From an uncultured Candidatus Saccharibacteria bacterium (GTDB lineage: Bacteria > Patescibacteriota > Minisyncoccia > UBA6257 > UBA9933), in contig CAYVOL010000002.1 in assembly GCA_964453135.1 (NCBI GenBank), positions 55,094-119,093 on the forward strand: a stretch of 64,000 bases of DNA, written 5' to 3'. A program made the position numbers and the translations under genes. Positions 63,530-64,000 of the stretch are shown piece by piece; the first letter of the stretch is position 1; every line of letters starts with the position of its first letter. The notes beneath the pieces are model-generated. The model had not been told where the DNA came from and searched no databases. It saw only the letters and a list, made by a program, of their open reading frames with translations.

Positions 63530-64000
63530 ATGAAAAGTTTTTTAGAGAAAAAAATTGATAATCTAAAAAAGAAATTTTTTTCTTTTTTGCGGCACCGAAA
63601 GCCGATTGCCGGCTTGGCTATTGCCGATGACAGCTTGAACGTCATTATTTTTGACGAATATAGGAATAGAAGATTGGGAGAAAAAATAAACATTGACATT
63701 TCCAGCGGCGAGTCTGTTAAAAACGGCTTGAAAAATTTGAAAAAAAAATTCGGCGCCAGTTTTTCTTCGGTGGTGGTATCTTTGCCGCCGGATTATTCTT
63801 ATTTGACGATGTTTGAATTTCCCTTGTCCGCCGAAGAAGAGCAAATTAAAGAAGCAATGAGTCTGGCGTCGTCGTCTTTGCCTTTGCCGGAAGAGAGGAT
63901 TTATTCCGACTGGATGTTTTTGGAAAACCGAAGCGCCAGAAAAAAAGAGGCGGTTTTGGAAATGGCGAAAAAGGAATTGATAGATTCTTATCTGAAAATT
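63530..64000 (+). CDS. pilM: type IV pilus assembly protein PilM-like (actin-fold), 3'-partial
   Basis: AGGAG RBS at 63520. KPIAGLAIADDSLNVIIFDE resembles the PilM/FtsA phosphate-1 strand. ORF runs off the window end. Confidence 0.55.
   Translation, partial: MKSFLEKKIDNLKKKFFSFLRHRKPIAGLAIADDSLNVIIFDEYRNRRLGEKINIDISSGESVKNGLKNLKKKFGASFSSVVVSLPPDYSYLTMFEFPLSAEEEQIKEAMSLASSSLPLPEERIYSDWMFLENRSARKKEAVLEMAKKELIDSYLKI

Noticed and set aside
1-64000. Prophage, integrase, transposase, CRISPR-Cas, restriction-modification or toxin-antitoxin modules
   Set aside because: No integrase/transposase/Cas/methyltransferase-endonuclease pair signatures were recognised in any frame. The only mobile-type genes seen are the LAGLIDADG endonuclease and the MITE-like repeats.

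Overview
Mostly AT-rich 64-kb window whose gene content suggests a reduced, Patescibacteria/CPR-type bacterium (inference: short PolI lacking a proofreading domain, mini-SMC, short EF-Ts, REC-only response regulators, several pilin paralogs). Layout: (i) 1.5-19.9 kb is one co-directional, start/stop-overlapping surface-glycan operon of about 19 genes. It includes UDP-L-FucNAc synthesis (CapE/FnlA, a split CapF, CapG/FnlC), UDP-galactopyranose mutase, an AsnB-type amidotransferase, FkbM/SAM methyltransferases, GT2 and GT4 transferases and two CgeB-like proteins. A GT-C membrane transferase lies upstream, and an initiating phosphotransferase, a Wzx flippase and a pilin-lectin fusion gene lie downstream behind a G9 homopolymer promoter tract. 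(ii) 20-59 kb is housekeeping: polA, yidC-jag, trxB/grx/dsbA, smc, rnc, nusB, rpmF, ruvB, rpsB-tsf, a tRNA cluster, rpmG, a FIST-HK-REC operon, holB, frr, rseP, argS, smpB followed directly by ssrA (tmRNA), infC-rpmI-rplT, rpsP, secDF, dcd-tmk, a tandem ThyX-like gene, FKBP, rpsA, rluA-family, rplS. (iii) 59-64 kb is a type IV pilus locus: a REC-only regulator, three pilin paralogs, two minor pilins and pilM. Non-genic signals: a four-copy MITE-like intergenic repeat family with GTCATYCTGAR terminal inverted repeats, a 133-nt inverted repeat between pilin genes, a repeat-rich inverted repeat in the rnc leader, a free-standing LAGLIDADG endonuclease next to tRNA-Leu, and an apparently GC-enriched tmk/thyX-like islet. 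No CRISPR array, rRNA, integrase or transposase was recognised.
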